Shown here: in pieces, positions 16,292-26,490 of the stretch
Numbering within the stretch: position 1 is the first letter of the stretch
How the letters are laid out: every line of letters begins with the position of its first letter
Source of the DNA: Desulfocapsa sulfexigens DSM 10523
GTDB taxonomy: Bacteria; Desulfobacterota; Desulfobulbia; Desulfobulbales; Desulfocapsaceae
Direction of reading: 5' to 3'
Assembly (NCBI RefSeq): GCF_000341395.1
Contig: NC_020304.1
Coordinates: 810,001 to 842,000, forward strand
DNA length: 32,000 nucleotides
The notes under the pieces: generated by a model
The model's input: only the letters and a program-made list of their open reading frames with translations
Told to the model about the DNA's origin: nothing
Database searches by the model: none
Program-made: the position numbers and the translations under genes

Positions 16292-17164
16292 ATGATGAAC
16301 AGGATATTCGAACTGATCACCTGGATTTTTGACCCCCTTCATCATTTTTACGAGCACGAAAAAGTACACCGGAAGATTTCCTTTGTGCTGGTACTAATCT
16401 TTATCTCCGGCCTTCTGATAATAGAATTAAAACGTCGGCAACTCCTTCCGGCAGAGCTGGCTCCCATCATTCCTAAAAATCACTTCTATGCCATCAGCTG
16501 GGCATTTACGATGATTCTTGTCCTGGAGGTCATCAGCCTTATTTTCACCCTCCCCTGTTCGTTCTCACGCTCCGTTGGTAAACAGTTCGAGATTCTCTCT
16601 CTGATACTGATACGTAACGCCTTCAAGGAACTCTCCTATTTTCAGGAACCGGTAACATTTATCGGCAACGAAGAAAGTATTCTTCATATTTTATCAAACG
16701 GTTTTGGTGCTTTCCTGATCTTTGCCCTGCTGAGTGTCTATTACAAACTGCAGAAGGACAGCTATAACGAACGAGATCACATTGATAATATATTTAATTT
16801 TGTAGCCGCAAAAAAAGGTGTCGCCCTGGTATTACTTATCTCTTTTGCAGGCATGGGAGCGCATTCTTTTTATCTCACCACAGTTGGCATAGAGCATACA
16901 GATTTTTTTCATGGATTTTATACCCTGCTGATCATCACCGATATTTTAGTGGTGCTTATCGCCCAGTGTTTTCATCCGGCCTTTTATACAATTTTCCGCA
17001 ATTCAGGTTTTGCCCTTTCCACATTGATTATCCGTCTTGCTCTGGTTGCACCGGTTTATTTTGATGTCCTGCTTGGAGTAGCCGCCATTATCCTGGCCAT
17101 TTTACTTACGGTGATCAGTGGCAGGATGTTTCCAGGGCATGAATATTCGGAGATGAAAAACTAA
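16292..17164 (+). CDS. Hypothetical polytopic membrane protein
   Basis: GGAG at 16281..16284 lies 7 nt before ATG 16292, which I prefer over GTG 16256. The product has about 6-7 hydrophobic helices. I recognise no family. Confidence 0.65.
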   Translation: MMNRIFELITWIFDPLHHFYEHEKVHRKISFVLVLIFISGLLIIELKRRQLLPAELAPIIPKNHFYAISWAFTMILVLEVISLIFTLPCSFSRSVGKQFEILSLILIRNAFKELSYFQEPVTFIGNEESILHILSNGFGAFLIFALLSVYYKLQKDSYNERDHIDNIFNFVAAKKGVALVLLISFAGMGAHSFYLTTVGIEHTDFFHGFYTLLIITDILVVLIAQCFHPAFYTIFRNSGFALSTLIIRLALVAPVYFDVLLGVAAIILAILLTVISGRMFPGHEYSEMKN

Positions 17165-17181
17165 GGTTGTAAAAAAAAGTC

Positions 17182-17853
17182 TTACTTTTGGGCAAGCCAG
17201 ATCATATGGCGGCTTCCCCCTTTCTGTCCTCGTGCCCGGACCGTTACCTCTTTCACCGAAAATCCTGTCTGAAAGAGCCGCTTTGAAAAGGCAGGATCAG
17301 GACTGGCTGACCAGACAGCAAGGATCCCGGCAGGCTTCAGGGCAGTATAGGTCGCCTTAAGTCCCGGCCAGCCATAAAGCCAGTTGTTATCACTTCGAGT
17401 CAAACCATCGGGACCGTTATCCACATCAAGCATCACGGCATCATACATCTGCTGCTCCGCTTGTAAAATCAGAGCGACATCGCACTCCTGCACCGTTATT
17501 CTGCTGTCGGTCAAAGGATATCCGGCAAGATGTCCCAGGGGACCTCGGTTCCATGCAACCACCGCAGGCACCAGTTCAGCCACTACCACCTGAGCCTGAG
17601 AACCAAGGTTCTGCAATGCTGCCGCCGCCGTGAAGCCCATCCCCAATCCGCCGACCAAAACCTTTGACGATGGATGCTTGGCAAATCGTGCACAAACACA
17701 TTCGGCCAAAGCATCCTCCGAACCGTGAACACGGCTATTCATCAATTCACAGCCATCCACCCGTATGGAAAATTCAGTATCCCGCCTGTAGAGATAAAGC
17801 GTTTCTGAACCTCCCGGCACCGGGCTGCTATCGACTAATTCCCAGGGGATCAT
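17182..17853 (-). CDS. Spermidine-synthase-like class I methyltransferase-fold protein
   Basis: The 223-aa product has a Gly-rich SAM motif (VLVGGLGMGFTA) and an acidic motif (AVMLDVDNGPDGL). The layout is typical of spermine/spermidine synthase family proteins. Confidence 0.7.
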   Translation of the reverse strand: MIPWELVDSSPVPGGSETLYLYRRDTEFSIRVDGCELMNSRVHGSEDALAECVCARFAKHPSSKVLVGGLGMGFTAAAALQNLGSQAQVVVAELVPAVVAWNRGPLGHLAGYPLTDSRITVQECDVALILQAEQQMYDAVMLDVDNGPDGLTRSDNNWLYGWPGLKATYTALKPAGILAVWSASPDPAFSKRLFQTGFSVKEVTVRARGQKGGSRHMIWLAQK

Positions 17854-17917
17854 TTCAATACCAATTACCTTCGCTTTTCACAAACGTGTCTTCAATAAAG
17901 ACGAACAAGTCAACAGA

Positions 17918-19750
17918 TTATTCCTTATTGTAATAATAGTGCGCGTCATTCAGGGCCTTGAGAATTTCAGGTTGCATTTGTGATAATAATTTTTTTCCAT
18001 CAACGACCTCATCATCCAAACTCATTGCCAGGTTTTTATGTTGAGTCGTTGACTTGAAAGGAATAACCAACTTTCCAAAATCATTAATCAAGCCGATATC
18101 TGACCAGCTCGCCACCACCACGTTGTTCGTTTCAAGAGGAAATGACAAATCAGTCCCTAAACTATAATCTTTAGTTGGGTTTTCTATCCCGAGACGACTT
18201 AAAATTGTCGCCGGAACATCCATGTGGCTTGTACGTTGTGTTACTTTTTTTGCAATGCTGCCTGGCATCCAGACAATCATGGGCACTCTCACCTGCCAAT
18301 CTGTGAAGGCTGAATTATGCCCCCAACGACCGCGTTCCATAAACTCTTCACCATGATCCCCTGTTACAATGAGAAGAGTATTGTCAATATCTCCAGAGTT
18401 TTCAAGAGACTCAACAATACGCTGTAATTGAATATCAATACCGTACGCCGCGTTATCATATCTTGCTTTCATTCCCTTAATCTGCGGAGCAAGTTCTTTT
18501 CGTGACAATCCTGTATAATCCAGGGATTGAAGGTAATCATTTCTTAATGCAGCATTGTCCGGAAAAGAATATCGTGCATGTGTGGACTCGTAAAACAGAA
18601 AGCCATAGAAAGGTCTTGAGTGGTCCCTCGTTTGGATGGCATTAATCAATGCTGTCGTATTTTTACGATCGCGTTTCCATGGCTCACCTCTATTGTTTTC
18701 TATTAATTTTTCCGGTGGAATTGCACTGAAAATTGTTCTGTCAAATTCAGGATAGGAAAACTTTGCACTGGTATAGATAAAATATTGGTAATTATACTGG
18801 TTGAGGACATCAAACAATACAGGTCCTTGCTGGTTACGGAGGAAGACATCCCAATAATTTCCCTGAAGACCATAAAAGAGAGCAAATAAACCCTGTCGAG
18901 TCCCGTTACCACCCGAATAATGTCTTGTGAAGTTCCATGCTTTTTCTGCAAAAGCAGACATATTGGGCATGACTGTCGGCGACAGCAGGTCCCAGCGCAT
19001 TGACTCTGACACCAGCATAATAATATTAAGAGGTTTATTAACTTTTGAAATTACTATTGGAACTTTGGGGTAGTTGAGTTGCCTGGATTCGTTTTGAGAC
19101 ATGCTGACTTGAGATACCTGCTCAACTTTTATGCCCATTCTTTTTAAGAACGAATTAATACTTGTCGTCTGGTATAAAAATATCGCATCCCCTCTTTCTA
19201 AAACGGGGCCGTAAAGTTGAGCCTTGCTGTATCCATAAACCCCACGCTCAGCAAAAGTGATGAAAAACAACAGGATCAATACCTTGATGACCGGAAAATG
19301 AAAACGGGAAAGTCTCAGTGCCATATACAGGCCACCAATATGAAGTGCCGCCAGTACCGAGACATAGCCGAGGGTGACAAGCACATTTGTCTGATCTGCA
19401 CCTAAGGAATCTATACCGCCAGGACTCGTCAGCAGATTCCAGACAAAACCATTAAGATGAAAGCCATAGAGATCATACAAATGGGAATCAACAAAGACAA
19501 GAACATGTCCAAGCACAGCCAGCAAGATGGAGAAAGCTACTGCAACATTACGCCAGCGCCGTAACAACCAATAGCTGACAATCGCAGGCCCTTGATACAT
19601 TAGCCCATATGTCACGAGAACCATCAAGGTATGCAACTGATCCCGAAATGTCTCATTGGGAATACTATTTAAAAAATGGCTTGATAAGAACACGCTAAAG
19701 AGCCACGTGCATAAAAAATACACCTTCATATTAATACGTTCAGACATCAT
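17918..19750 (-). CDS. Inner-membrane sulfatase-fold protein of the YejM/PbgA (DUF3413) type
   Basis: The 610-aa product has N-terminal TM helices. Several blocks are recognisably similar to E. coli YejM (VDSHLYDLYGFHLNGFVWNLL; FTRHYSGGNGTRQGLFALFYGL). It also has the sulfatase-type motif TGDHGEEF. Confidence 0.75.
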   Translation of the reverse strand: MMSERINMKVYFLCTWLFSVFLSSHFLNSIPNETFRDQLHTLMVLVTYGLMYQGPAIVSYWLLRRWRNVAVAFSILLAVLGHVLVFVDSHLYDLYGFHLNGFVWNLLTSPGGIDSLGADQTNVLVTLGYVSVLAALHIGGLYMALRLSRFHFPVIKVLILLFFITFAERGVYGYSKAQLYGPVLERGDAIFLYQTTSINSFLKRMGIKVEQVSQVSMSQNESRQLNYPKVPIVISKVNKPLNIIMLVSESMRWDLLSPTVMPNMSAFAEKAWNFTRHYSGGNGTRQGLFALFYGLQGNYWDVFLRNQQGPVLFDVLNQYNYQYFIYTSAKFSYPEFDRTIFSAIPPEKLIENNRGEPWKRDRKNTTALINAIQTRDHSRPFYGFLFYESTHARYSFPDNAALRNDYLQSLDYTGLSRKELAPQIKGMKARYDNAAYGIDIQLQRIVESLENSGDIDNTLLIVTGDHGEEFMERGRWGHNSAFTDWQVRVPMIVWMPGSIAKKVTQRTSHMDVPATILSRLGIENPTKDYSLGTDLSFPLETNNVVVASWSDIGLINDFGKLVIPFKSTTQHKNLAMSLDDEVVDGKKLLSQMQPEILKALNDAHYYYNKE

Positions 19751-20196
19751 TTACCGTGCACTTTCACTTGTTTTGATAACACCTGGACCACCTCTCAAAA
19801 AATGAACTCTCGTCCTGAACAGATAGCCTATGCAGAGCATAGCCAATCAATGTTCCTGTTTTGTACCACTAAAACCATGAAGAAGAGCGTTAAGATCGTT
19901 GCAACACATACCACCTTTAATACTTTTTTTCTTTGATGGCAGTATTAAAAAGGTTTATTAAACGCAGTTACGGTATAAGCTTCTAAAGTGGGCAAGCCCG
20001 CAAGGTATTTAGGCTGAAGGTCGCCATGTGTTGTCTTTCCTTCAGTCTAAAACCCTTCAGTCTGTGTACCTTCTCCTCATAACAAAGGAAATTGAAACTT
20101 GCTTTCTCGTTTTTTATACAGGAGTCCAAGTACAAGGTACTAACACAGTTACCACTGCTCAACAGATGAAAATAAAGAGCACGAGAAAATCCCGGA

Positions 20197-22270
20197 ATGA
20201 AAGTAATTATCGCAGAAAAGCCATCGGTTGCACGTGACATTGCAAGTGTACTCGATATCAAGACCTACAAAAAAAGGTTATATCGAAGGACGTGGCTGCG
20301 CAGTTACCTGGGCCTTTGGACATCTGGTAACACTCCAGGAACCGGGTGAATATGATCCCGCCCTGAAACGCTGGTCACTTGACACTCTTCCCTTTGTACC
20401 GGAGGAATTCAAACTCAAACTGATAAGCAACCGCGGTGTTGCTGAACAGTTTCACATTATCAGAACACTTTTTGATCAGGCCGAAGAGATTGTATGCGCA
20501 ACTGATGCGGGACGGGAGGGTGAACTTATCTTCCGCTATATCCTGGCGCTCTGCAAAGCTGAAGAGAAACCGATTCGCCGGCTCTGGCTCAACTCGCTGA
20601 CGTCCGATGCAATTGAGGCGGCATTCAAGGATCTTCGCGACGGCCACGATTATGATCCGCTCTACGCTGCAGCCCGCTGTCGCAGTGAATCCGACTGGAT
20701 TGTGGGGCTCAACGCAACACGGTATTATACTGTTCGCCATGGAAGGATTGGTGGAGGGAAAGATCGCGTACTCTGGACCATCGGACGTGTCCAGACACCG
20801 GTTCTGGCCATGATTGTCGAGCGTGACGATGCTATTCTCCAGTTTCGTCCTCAGCCATTCTGGGAACTCAGTACCCGCTACCGGGAAGTGATCTTCAAAT
20901 ACAGCGGAAAACGCTTTGAAAACGAAGAAAAAGCGCAGGTGCTGCTCGAAAAACTGACAGATCAGCCCTTTACAATCACAGCCATTCGCGCCAAAAAGAA
21001 AAAAGAACAGCCACCACAGCTCTTTGATCTGACCACACTCCAGCGGGAACTCAACAAACTGCACGGAATCTCAGCTGCAGACACCCTCACTGCGACCCAG
21101 AGTCTTTACGAGGCCAAGCTTGTCACCTATCCGCGAACCGACTCCCGCTATCTCAGTGAAGACATGAAGCCGCGGATTCCAAAAATCTTGGAACAGCTGG
21201 GAACTCTTCGTCCCGAGCAGATAGCTCCGCTTGATCTTAAAAAACTTTCCTTCACCAACAGGATCATTAACGATAAAAAAGTAACCGACCATCATGCCAT
21301 TATCCCCACGGGAGTAATACCACGCAGATTCGGTACGAACGAACAACTGGTCTACGACGCTATCACTACACAGTTTATCGCTGCCTTTTATCCCGTCTGT
21401 CTCAAAAATATCACCACCGTCGATGGCACCAGTAACAAAATAAAATTTGAAGCCAAGGGAACCCAGATTGTTCATCCCGGTTGGACTGCTCTCTTTCCCC
21501 AGAAAACGAAGGCAGCCGAAGATGGACAAACGCTGCCTGACTTCACAAAAGACGAAAGCGGGCCCCACGCCCCCTTCCTCCGTGAAGGAAAGACCATGCC
21601 TCCCAAACACTTCTCAGAAAATTCGCTGCTCGGGGCAATGGAGGCGGCAGGAAAATTGGTTGAAGACGACATCCTGCGTGAAGCCCTTAAGGAGCGTGGT
21701 ATCGGGACACCTGCAACACGTGCTGCCATTATCGAGACTCTGCTCAGACGCAACTACATTCGGCGGGAGAAAAAACAGCTTCGCTGTACGGATATGGGCC
21801 GCTGCCTCATTGCCCTTATCAGGGACCCCTTGCTGAAATCGCCTGAGATGACGGGTGAATGGGAAGAAAAGCTTAAGCAGATAGAGCGCAATGAGCTTGC
21901 ACCCGATGACTTTATGGACGGAATCGGCAACTACATCCGAAATATGATTCACACCAGCAATACCGGGCAGCTGGATAACAGGCGCTGGGGAAACTGCCCG
22001 CTCTGCGGTAAAGATATTATCAAGGGAAAAAGAGCTTACGGCTGCTCCGCATGGAATGATGGCTGTACATTTGTTCTTGAGCCAAACTACAAAGAAACCA
22101 CTCTCTCCCCGAAACAGATTCAAATCCTCCTGCAACAGTGTATCCTGCCGAACCCGGTTCGCATCGATGATGAACCACGAATACTGATTCTCTCCACCCT
22201 GGGCGTCCCCATGGATCTGCGCCTCCCCTCCGCTGATCGTCAGAAACACCAGGCCAAAACAGATCGTTGA
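20197..22270 (+). pseudogene. topB: DNA topoisomerase III, N-terminus disrupted by a 1-nt frameshift in an A7 run
   Basis: ATG 20197 opens the frame MKVIIAEKPSVARDIASVLDIKTYKK (Toprim start), which stops at 20347..20349. The rest (GYIEGRGCAVTWAFGHL.., active-site region LVTYPRTDSRYL, C-terminal CPLCG..CSAWNDGC) lies in the next frame. The switch is at A7 20269..20275. Deleting one A gives ..TYKKGYIEG... Confidence 0.85.
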
Positions 22271-22416
22271 TAGCTTCCAGGCAGTTTCTTCTCCAAACAA
22301 TTCAATGATCAGTAAAAAGATTTTTTGCGATCGCAGAATAGTATGTGATAGAATATCCAAATATCCATCAGACACATCCAAGAATACTCAGACAAAATAC
22401 CCAAGAGGCAACCACC

Positions 22417-22764
22417 ATGGAAAAAGGGGAAAAAAGAAACTTCATTCGACTGGACTCGTTGCACCTCCTGGACTACCTGATAATAGACAAAGAAGGGAGA
22501 CAAACCACCTACTCCATGGGACGAACCCTTGATGTCAGTGAGCACGGCCTGCAACTCGAGGTCACCCAGCCGATGAGCGTAGGAGACACCCTGCTTGTTA
22601 CAGTGGGCATTGAGGACGATCTGATCGATCTGGTAGGAGAAGTGAAATACGCCAAAGAAGCATCGAAGCGTTATACGGTTGGAATTGAGTTCTCCGACAT
22701 CAGCGATGAAGGGCTGCGGATACTGAAAAAATACATTGTAGCTTTTAATACGCACTGCAGCTGA
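22417..22764 (+). CDS. PilZ-domain (c-di-GMP binding) protein
   Basis: AGAGG lies about 8 nt before ATG 22417. The RxxxR motif (RNFIR) and the DxSxxG motif (DVSEHG) are both present at normal spacing. Confidence 0.8.
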   Translation: MEKGEKRNFIRLDSLHLLDYLIIDKEGRQTTYSMGRTLDVSEHGLQLEVTQPMSVGDTLLVTVGIEDDLIDLVGEVKYAKEASKRYTVGIEFSDISDEGLRILKKYIVAFNTHCS

Positions 22765-22831
22765 TCAGTTGACAGTATAGTAAAAAACAATCGGGGTATC
22801 CTTCAAAAGATCCTTTCAACTTTTTGCAAAA

Positions 22832-23995
22832 TCAGGCAGCCGGGATATGCAGATATTTTCGCAAAAAAATCCAGAGAGAAAAAGAAACCAGGCCACTGCC
22901 ACAGGCAAGCCAGCCAATAAATGCTATCTTATCCTCCCAGCCAAGTGATGCTATAGCCATGGCCATGGCACCAAAAATGAAGTACGAAAAGACCATGGTC
23001 GCAGAGGCCGTGCCGGCATCTGTTGTAACCTGTTCAAGGACAAGGTTATTGGATGGGGGGCGGCTCAGTCCGAGAGACAAGGTAATAAGCCCCATGGGGA
23101 GCGCGAGCTGCCAGCAACCGTTAGCCGGAGTCGCAAGCATCCACAGCCCACCAACACCTATGCCGCCATACCCTGCAGTTATCATCCGGAATGTTCCAAT
23201 TTTCTTTCCAAATCGCATACAGATCATGGAACCCGACATAAAACAGAGGGCATTGGCTCCAAAAAACAGGCCAAAGAGACTTTCCTCCATTTGAAACCTG
23301 TTGATGTAAATACTCGAAGAGGCGGCAATAAAAGAAAAGAGGGGGAGACTGGTAACGGCATTACAGAAAACAAGTCCAACTAGACGATAATTGCTCAAAA
23401 CCCGACCGTAACTCCTGAGCAGTGCGGCAACAGAAGTCCCCTCCTGAGCGGTATGCGTTTCAGGCGTCAGCAAAACTCCTGCAAGCGCCACCATTCCCAT
23501 CCCCCCCTGACTGACAAAAATCCAGGGCCAGGAAAGATATTTCATTATCAGACTCCCGGTTAGAGGAGCTACCATGGGGGCCAGGGCCATGATCACCGAA
23601 ATCTGGCTGAGAACCTTTTCCCGCGTCCCGATCTCCAACCTGTCTCTAGCCATGGCAAGGGAAATAGCCGACGCTGCTCCGGCTCCCATTGCCTGAACAA
23701 TTCGTGCTGCCACCAGCATCCAGATATTTTGTGCCAGAGCACAGAGAAAACTTGCTGCGACAAAAAGCAGCAAGCCTGCAATAAGTGGTGGTTTTCTTCC
23801 AAGTCGATCGGACAGGGGGCCGTAGAAAAGTAATGAAATACAGTAGGTAACAAAAAAAAGAGTGAGAGTCAGGTTTATAATGGAGAGAGGCTGCTGCCAG
23901 ATCTTCTGCAGATGAGGTGTGGCAGCAAGATACATATCAGTGGCCAAAGGTGGAAAGGCCGTAAGTAGGGCCAGGAGAAGGATAAAACGCTTCAT
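22832..23995 (-). CDS. MFS transporter, Bcr/CflA drug-efflux subfamily
   Basis: The 387-aa product has about 12 TM helices. Its N-terminal block (LATDMYLAATP .. LLFYGPLSDRLGRKP) matches the E. coli Bcr signature region. Confidence 0.85.
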   Translation of the reverse strand: MKRFILLLALLTAFPPLATDMYLAATPHLQKIWQQPLSIINLTLTLFFVTYCISLLFYGPLSDRLGRKPPLIAGLLLFVAASFLCALAQNIWMLVAARIVQAMGAGAASAISLAMARDRLEIGTREKVLSQISVIMALAPMVAPLTGSLIMKYLSWPWIFVSQGGMGMVALAGVLLTPETHTAQEGTSVAALLRSYGRVLSNYRLVGLVFCNAVTSLPLFSFIAASSSIYINRFQMEESLFGLFFGANALCFMSGSMICMRFGKKIGTFRMITAGYGGIGVGGLWMLATPANGCWQLALPMGLITLSLGLSRPPSNNLVLEQVTTDAGTASATMVFSYFIFGAMAMAIASLGWEDKIAFIGWLACGSGLVSFSLWIFLRKYLHIPAA

Positions 23996-24004
23996 AGCTT
24001 CCCT

Positions 24005-24934
24005 CTAAAAACCATACAGCTGCAAAACAAACAGCAAAATCGCATAGGTGAGTGATGAAAAAGCTGTGGCCATCATAACAATGGTTCCGGCAAGGTCACC
24101 ATCCCCCCCCATCTGGCAGGCCATGATATAGGTGGCAACTGCTGTTGGAGCCCCTGCCATAAGGAGGCCGATGGCAAAATCCAATCCTGAAATATTGAAT
24201 ACAAGCATAAACAGAGCAGTAATAAGAGGCATCAAGAGCAGTTTCATTGCGGTGGCAAGCAGGGCTTTTGGGACATCTCCCTTGAGACTGGCTAGGGAGA
24301 AACTGCCGCCAATGGAGAGGAGGGCAAGAGGCAAACTCATTCCTGTTGCAATATTGAGTGTTCGATCCAGAATGACCGGCATGGGAAACTTTAAAAAGCT
24401 CCATAAAAGACCAGCAAGAGAGGCGAGAATAAGCGGATTACTGATAATCAGGCGGATGATTTCTCTGAAACTGGTTTTCTGTTGCTGCTGAGGTAAAACA
24501 AGTGCCAGGATCGCGAAGAAATTCAAAACCGGAACCAGAAAACCAGTCAGGATTCCGGCCCTGGTCAAGCCAATATCACCATAGGCATTAAAAACAATAG
24601 CCAAACCGATATAGGCAAGATTTCCTCGGAACGCCCCCTGACAGAACGATCCATGGACGGATGGTGGGAAAGAACGCCACTTCCCGTACAAATACGCAAT
24701 TCCAAAACAACAGGCAATCCCGCCACTCGTTGCCATGACCAGTTTAAAATTAAAACTGGTGGAGAAATCTGCACCCGCTATCTTGTAAACAAGAAGCAGC
24801 GGCAGACAGATATAATAGACCAATTTATTGACTTCGGAAAAGAAATCCCTGCTCACAAGCCCCAGCTTGCGGATAGTGTATCCAAGTCCGATAACAAGAA
24901 ATACCGGGAGAACAATTTCGATAACATTCTGCAT
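24005..24934 (-). CDS. AEC (auxin efflux carrier / Mem_trans) family transporter
   Basis: The 309-aa product has about 10 TM helices and typical AEC N- and C-terminal halves. It ends 9 nt upstream of the MFS gene on the same strand. Confidence 0.8.
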   Translation of the reverse strand: MQNVIEIVLPVFLVIGLGYTIRKLGLVSRDFFSEVNKLVYYICLPLLLVYKIAGADFSTSFNFKLVMATSGGIACCFGIAYLYGKWRSFPPSVHGSFCQGAFRGNLAYIGLAIVFNAYGDIGLTRAGILTGFLVPVLNFFAILALVLPQQQQKTSFREIIRLIISNPLILASLAGLLWSFLKFPMPVILDRTLNIATGMSLPLALLSIGGSFSLASLKGDVPKALLATAMKLLLMPLITALFMLVFNISGLDFAIGLLMAGAPTAVATYIMACQMGGDGDLAGTIVMMATAFSSLTYAILLFVLQLYGF

Positions 24935-25023
24935 GACTGCACATCTACTTGAGTGTTAATGCTTGTGCCACTCTTTTTAGGGCATAGCAATGTTATGTGA
25001 GCACGTACATTTTATTAAGAGAG

Positions 25024-25365
25024 TTACAAATTACAGGCCTGTTCCAATGCATCCTTTAATTCCGCACTCCACCAAAAAGTCAATGGGGGAGCCCCCCCCT
25101 CTACATTCAGACCAAAAACAATAAAATCATTTTTCCTGGTGGCGACAAAAAAATAATCAGCCCCTTTGGTGGTAACTGATGGTTTGTTTTTATTCTCTAA
25201 TTCGGCACAGGAGGGTTGATACTCCTCTATACGAATTTGAAATTGCTTTTCCCGTTTATTGGTCACAATAGCATGCTGGTGCCTCAGGATAACTGCTGAA
25301 GAGTACCCTGTAGTTATTCCAACAGAAAGAACAAGTAAATAAAGGATCGTTTTTTTCATCTGCAT
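25024..25365 (-). CDS. Small exported hypothetical protein
   Basis: The 113-aa product has an N-terminal signal-like helix (KKTILYLLVLSVGITTGYSSA) and two Cys (..PSCAEL.., ..EQACNL). I recognise no family. Confidence 0.5.
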   Translation of the reverse strand: MQMKKTILYLLVLSVGITTGYSSAVILRHQHAIVTNKREKQFQIRIEEYQPSCAELENKNKPSVTTKGADYFFVATRKNDFIVFGLNVEGGAPPLTFWWSAELKDALEQACNL

Positions 25366-25520
25366 TTCCTTTGCTATTCTTCGATATTATGGTTTACGTT
25401 ATTTTAAGGGTACTCCTTTCCAGGTTTTGTTTTAATAGTACTCCTATACACAATAGAATGGTCTCAAATTATTCGGATTTTAGTCCCTGTTCTTCAGAAC
25501 AAGGAGCATCCTCTCCAATA

Positions 25521-26486
25521 ATGCTAAGGAAACAAGAAAATATGCGACTTTCAACAATCCCAGTTTGTTTTTTGGTTCTTCTCATCATCACTGGCTGTGA
25601 TGCATCAGTTAGTATTGAGACAACAAATCTTAGTGAACCTGCCATGAGTGAAAGGGTTGACCCAGTAGCCATGGCCCCCATTAATCCCGCTGATACTTTC
25701 TTACCTACGGTAGGTACTCTTCACGCAACAATTAAATTAAGCAATGCTCCTTCTGATACGACGGTAACGGTGCGTTTTTATTTTATGGAGCAGGAGAAGA
25801 GAGAAATTGCTCAGGATGCGATAACGACAAACGGTAATGGCTACATAGGTTTTTCCCTGGATCCTCCGAAAAGTGGCTGGCCCGAAGGAAAGTATCAGGT
25901 AGAATTTTATCTGGGAAAAAAGATGAAAGAGATGCTCACTTTCCACATAGAAAGCAAATCGCCGATTATACCAGAATCCACGTTAGCACCCTCCTCAAAA
26001 AAAGAACAGAGCTACAGACTGTTCAATGACAAACAGTTTGGGATGAGTTTTGAATTGCCAGAGAGCTGGAATTTCAAGGTAATAGGTAAAAACAATGATT
26101 ATCTGTTCCAGGGACCTCAGGGTGTTGACGAAGGAGAAATTGTAGTTGTTGTACAGATGATTGATACACGGCAACCACCCCAATCTACCCTGGATGATGA
26201 AATGACAAACCAGTTCAATATGATCAGCCAAAGAGATGGAGCAAAGATTGTTAAAAAAAGTGATTTTCAGGTTGCCGGAAAGAACGCACCCTATTTTCTC
26301 GCAACGTATCCCACACAAAACCAGCAGGATGAACTTGTTTCATGGGGACATACACAATTGGGCTTACAAAATGGGCCGATCATCCTTCTGATCAGTTATG
26401 CCGCCCCAAGAGACATTTATCAGAGTAAGGTTGATCTGTTCCAGCATATGATGGATAGCTTTCGGTTGAGCACACCAAATCCGTAG
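25521..26486 (+). CDS. Hypothetical lipoprotein
   Basis: The lipobox is LLIITGC, following MLRKQENMRLSTIPVCFLVL. The start is ATG 25521 or 25542. The 50-codon extension from 25371 in the ORF track has no signal-peptide logic. Confidence 0.6.
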   Translation: MLRKQENMRLSTIPVCFLVLLIITGCDASVSIETTNLSEPAMSERVDPVAMAPINPADTFLPTVGTLHATIKLSNAPSDTTVTVRFYFMEQEKREIAQDAITTNGNGYIGFSLDPPKSGWPEGKYQVEFYLGKKMKEMLTFHIESKSPIIPESTLAPSSKKEQSYRLFNDKQFGMSFELPESWNFKVIGKNNDYLFQGPQGVDEGEIVVVVQMIDTRQPPQSTLDDEMTNQFNMISQRDGAKIVKKSDFQVAGKNAPYFLATYPTQNQQDELVSWGHTQLGLQNGPIILLISYAAPRDIYQSKVDLFQHMMDSFRLSTPNP

Positions 26487-26490
26487 CAAC

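Noticed and set aside
19983-20261. A 92-aa minus-strand ORF and a 69-aa plus-strand ORF lie in the region upstream of topB.
   Set aside because: Neither has an SD or recognisable motifs, and both overlap the true topB start at 20197. The region more likely holds the divergent promoters for topB and the YejM-like gene.
25371-25520. A long N-terminal extension of the lipoprotein ORF (track start 25371).
   Set aside because: The extension would bury the signal peptide and lipobox about 60 residues inside the protein. It would also leave only 5 nt to the divergent neighbouring gene. The internal ATGs at 25521 or 25542 give a normal lipoprotein precursor.
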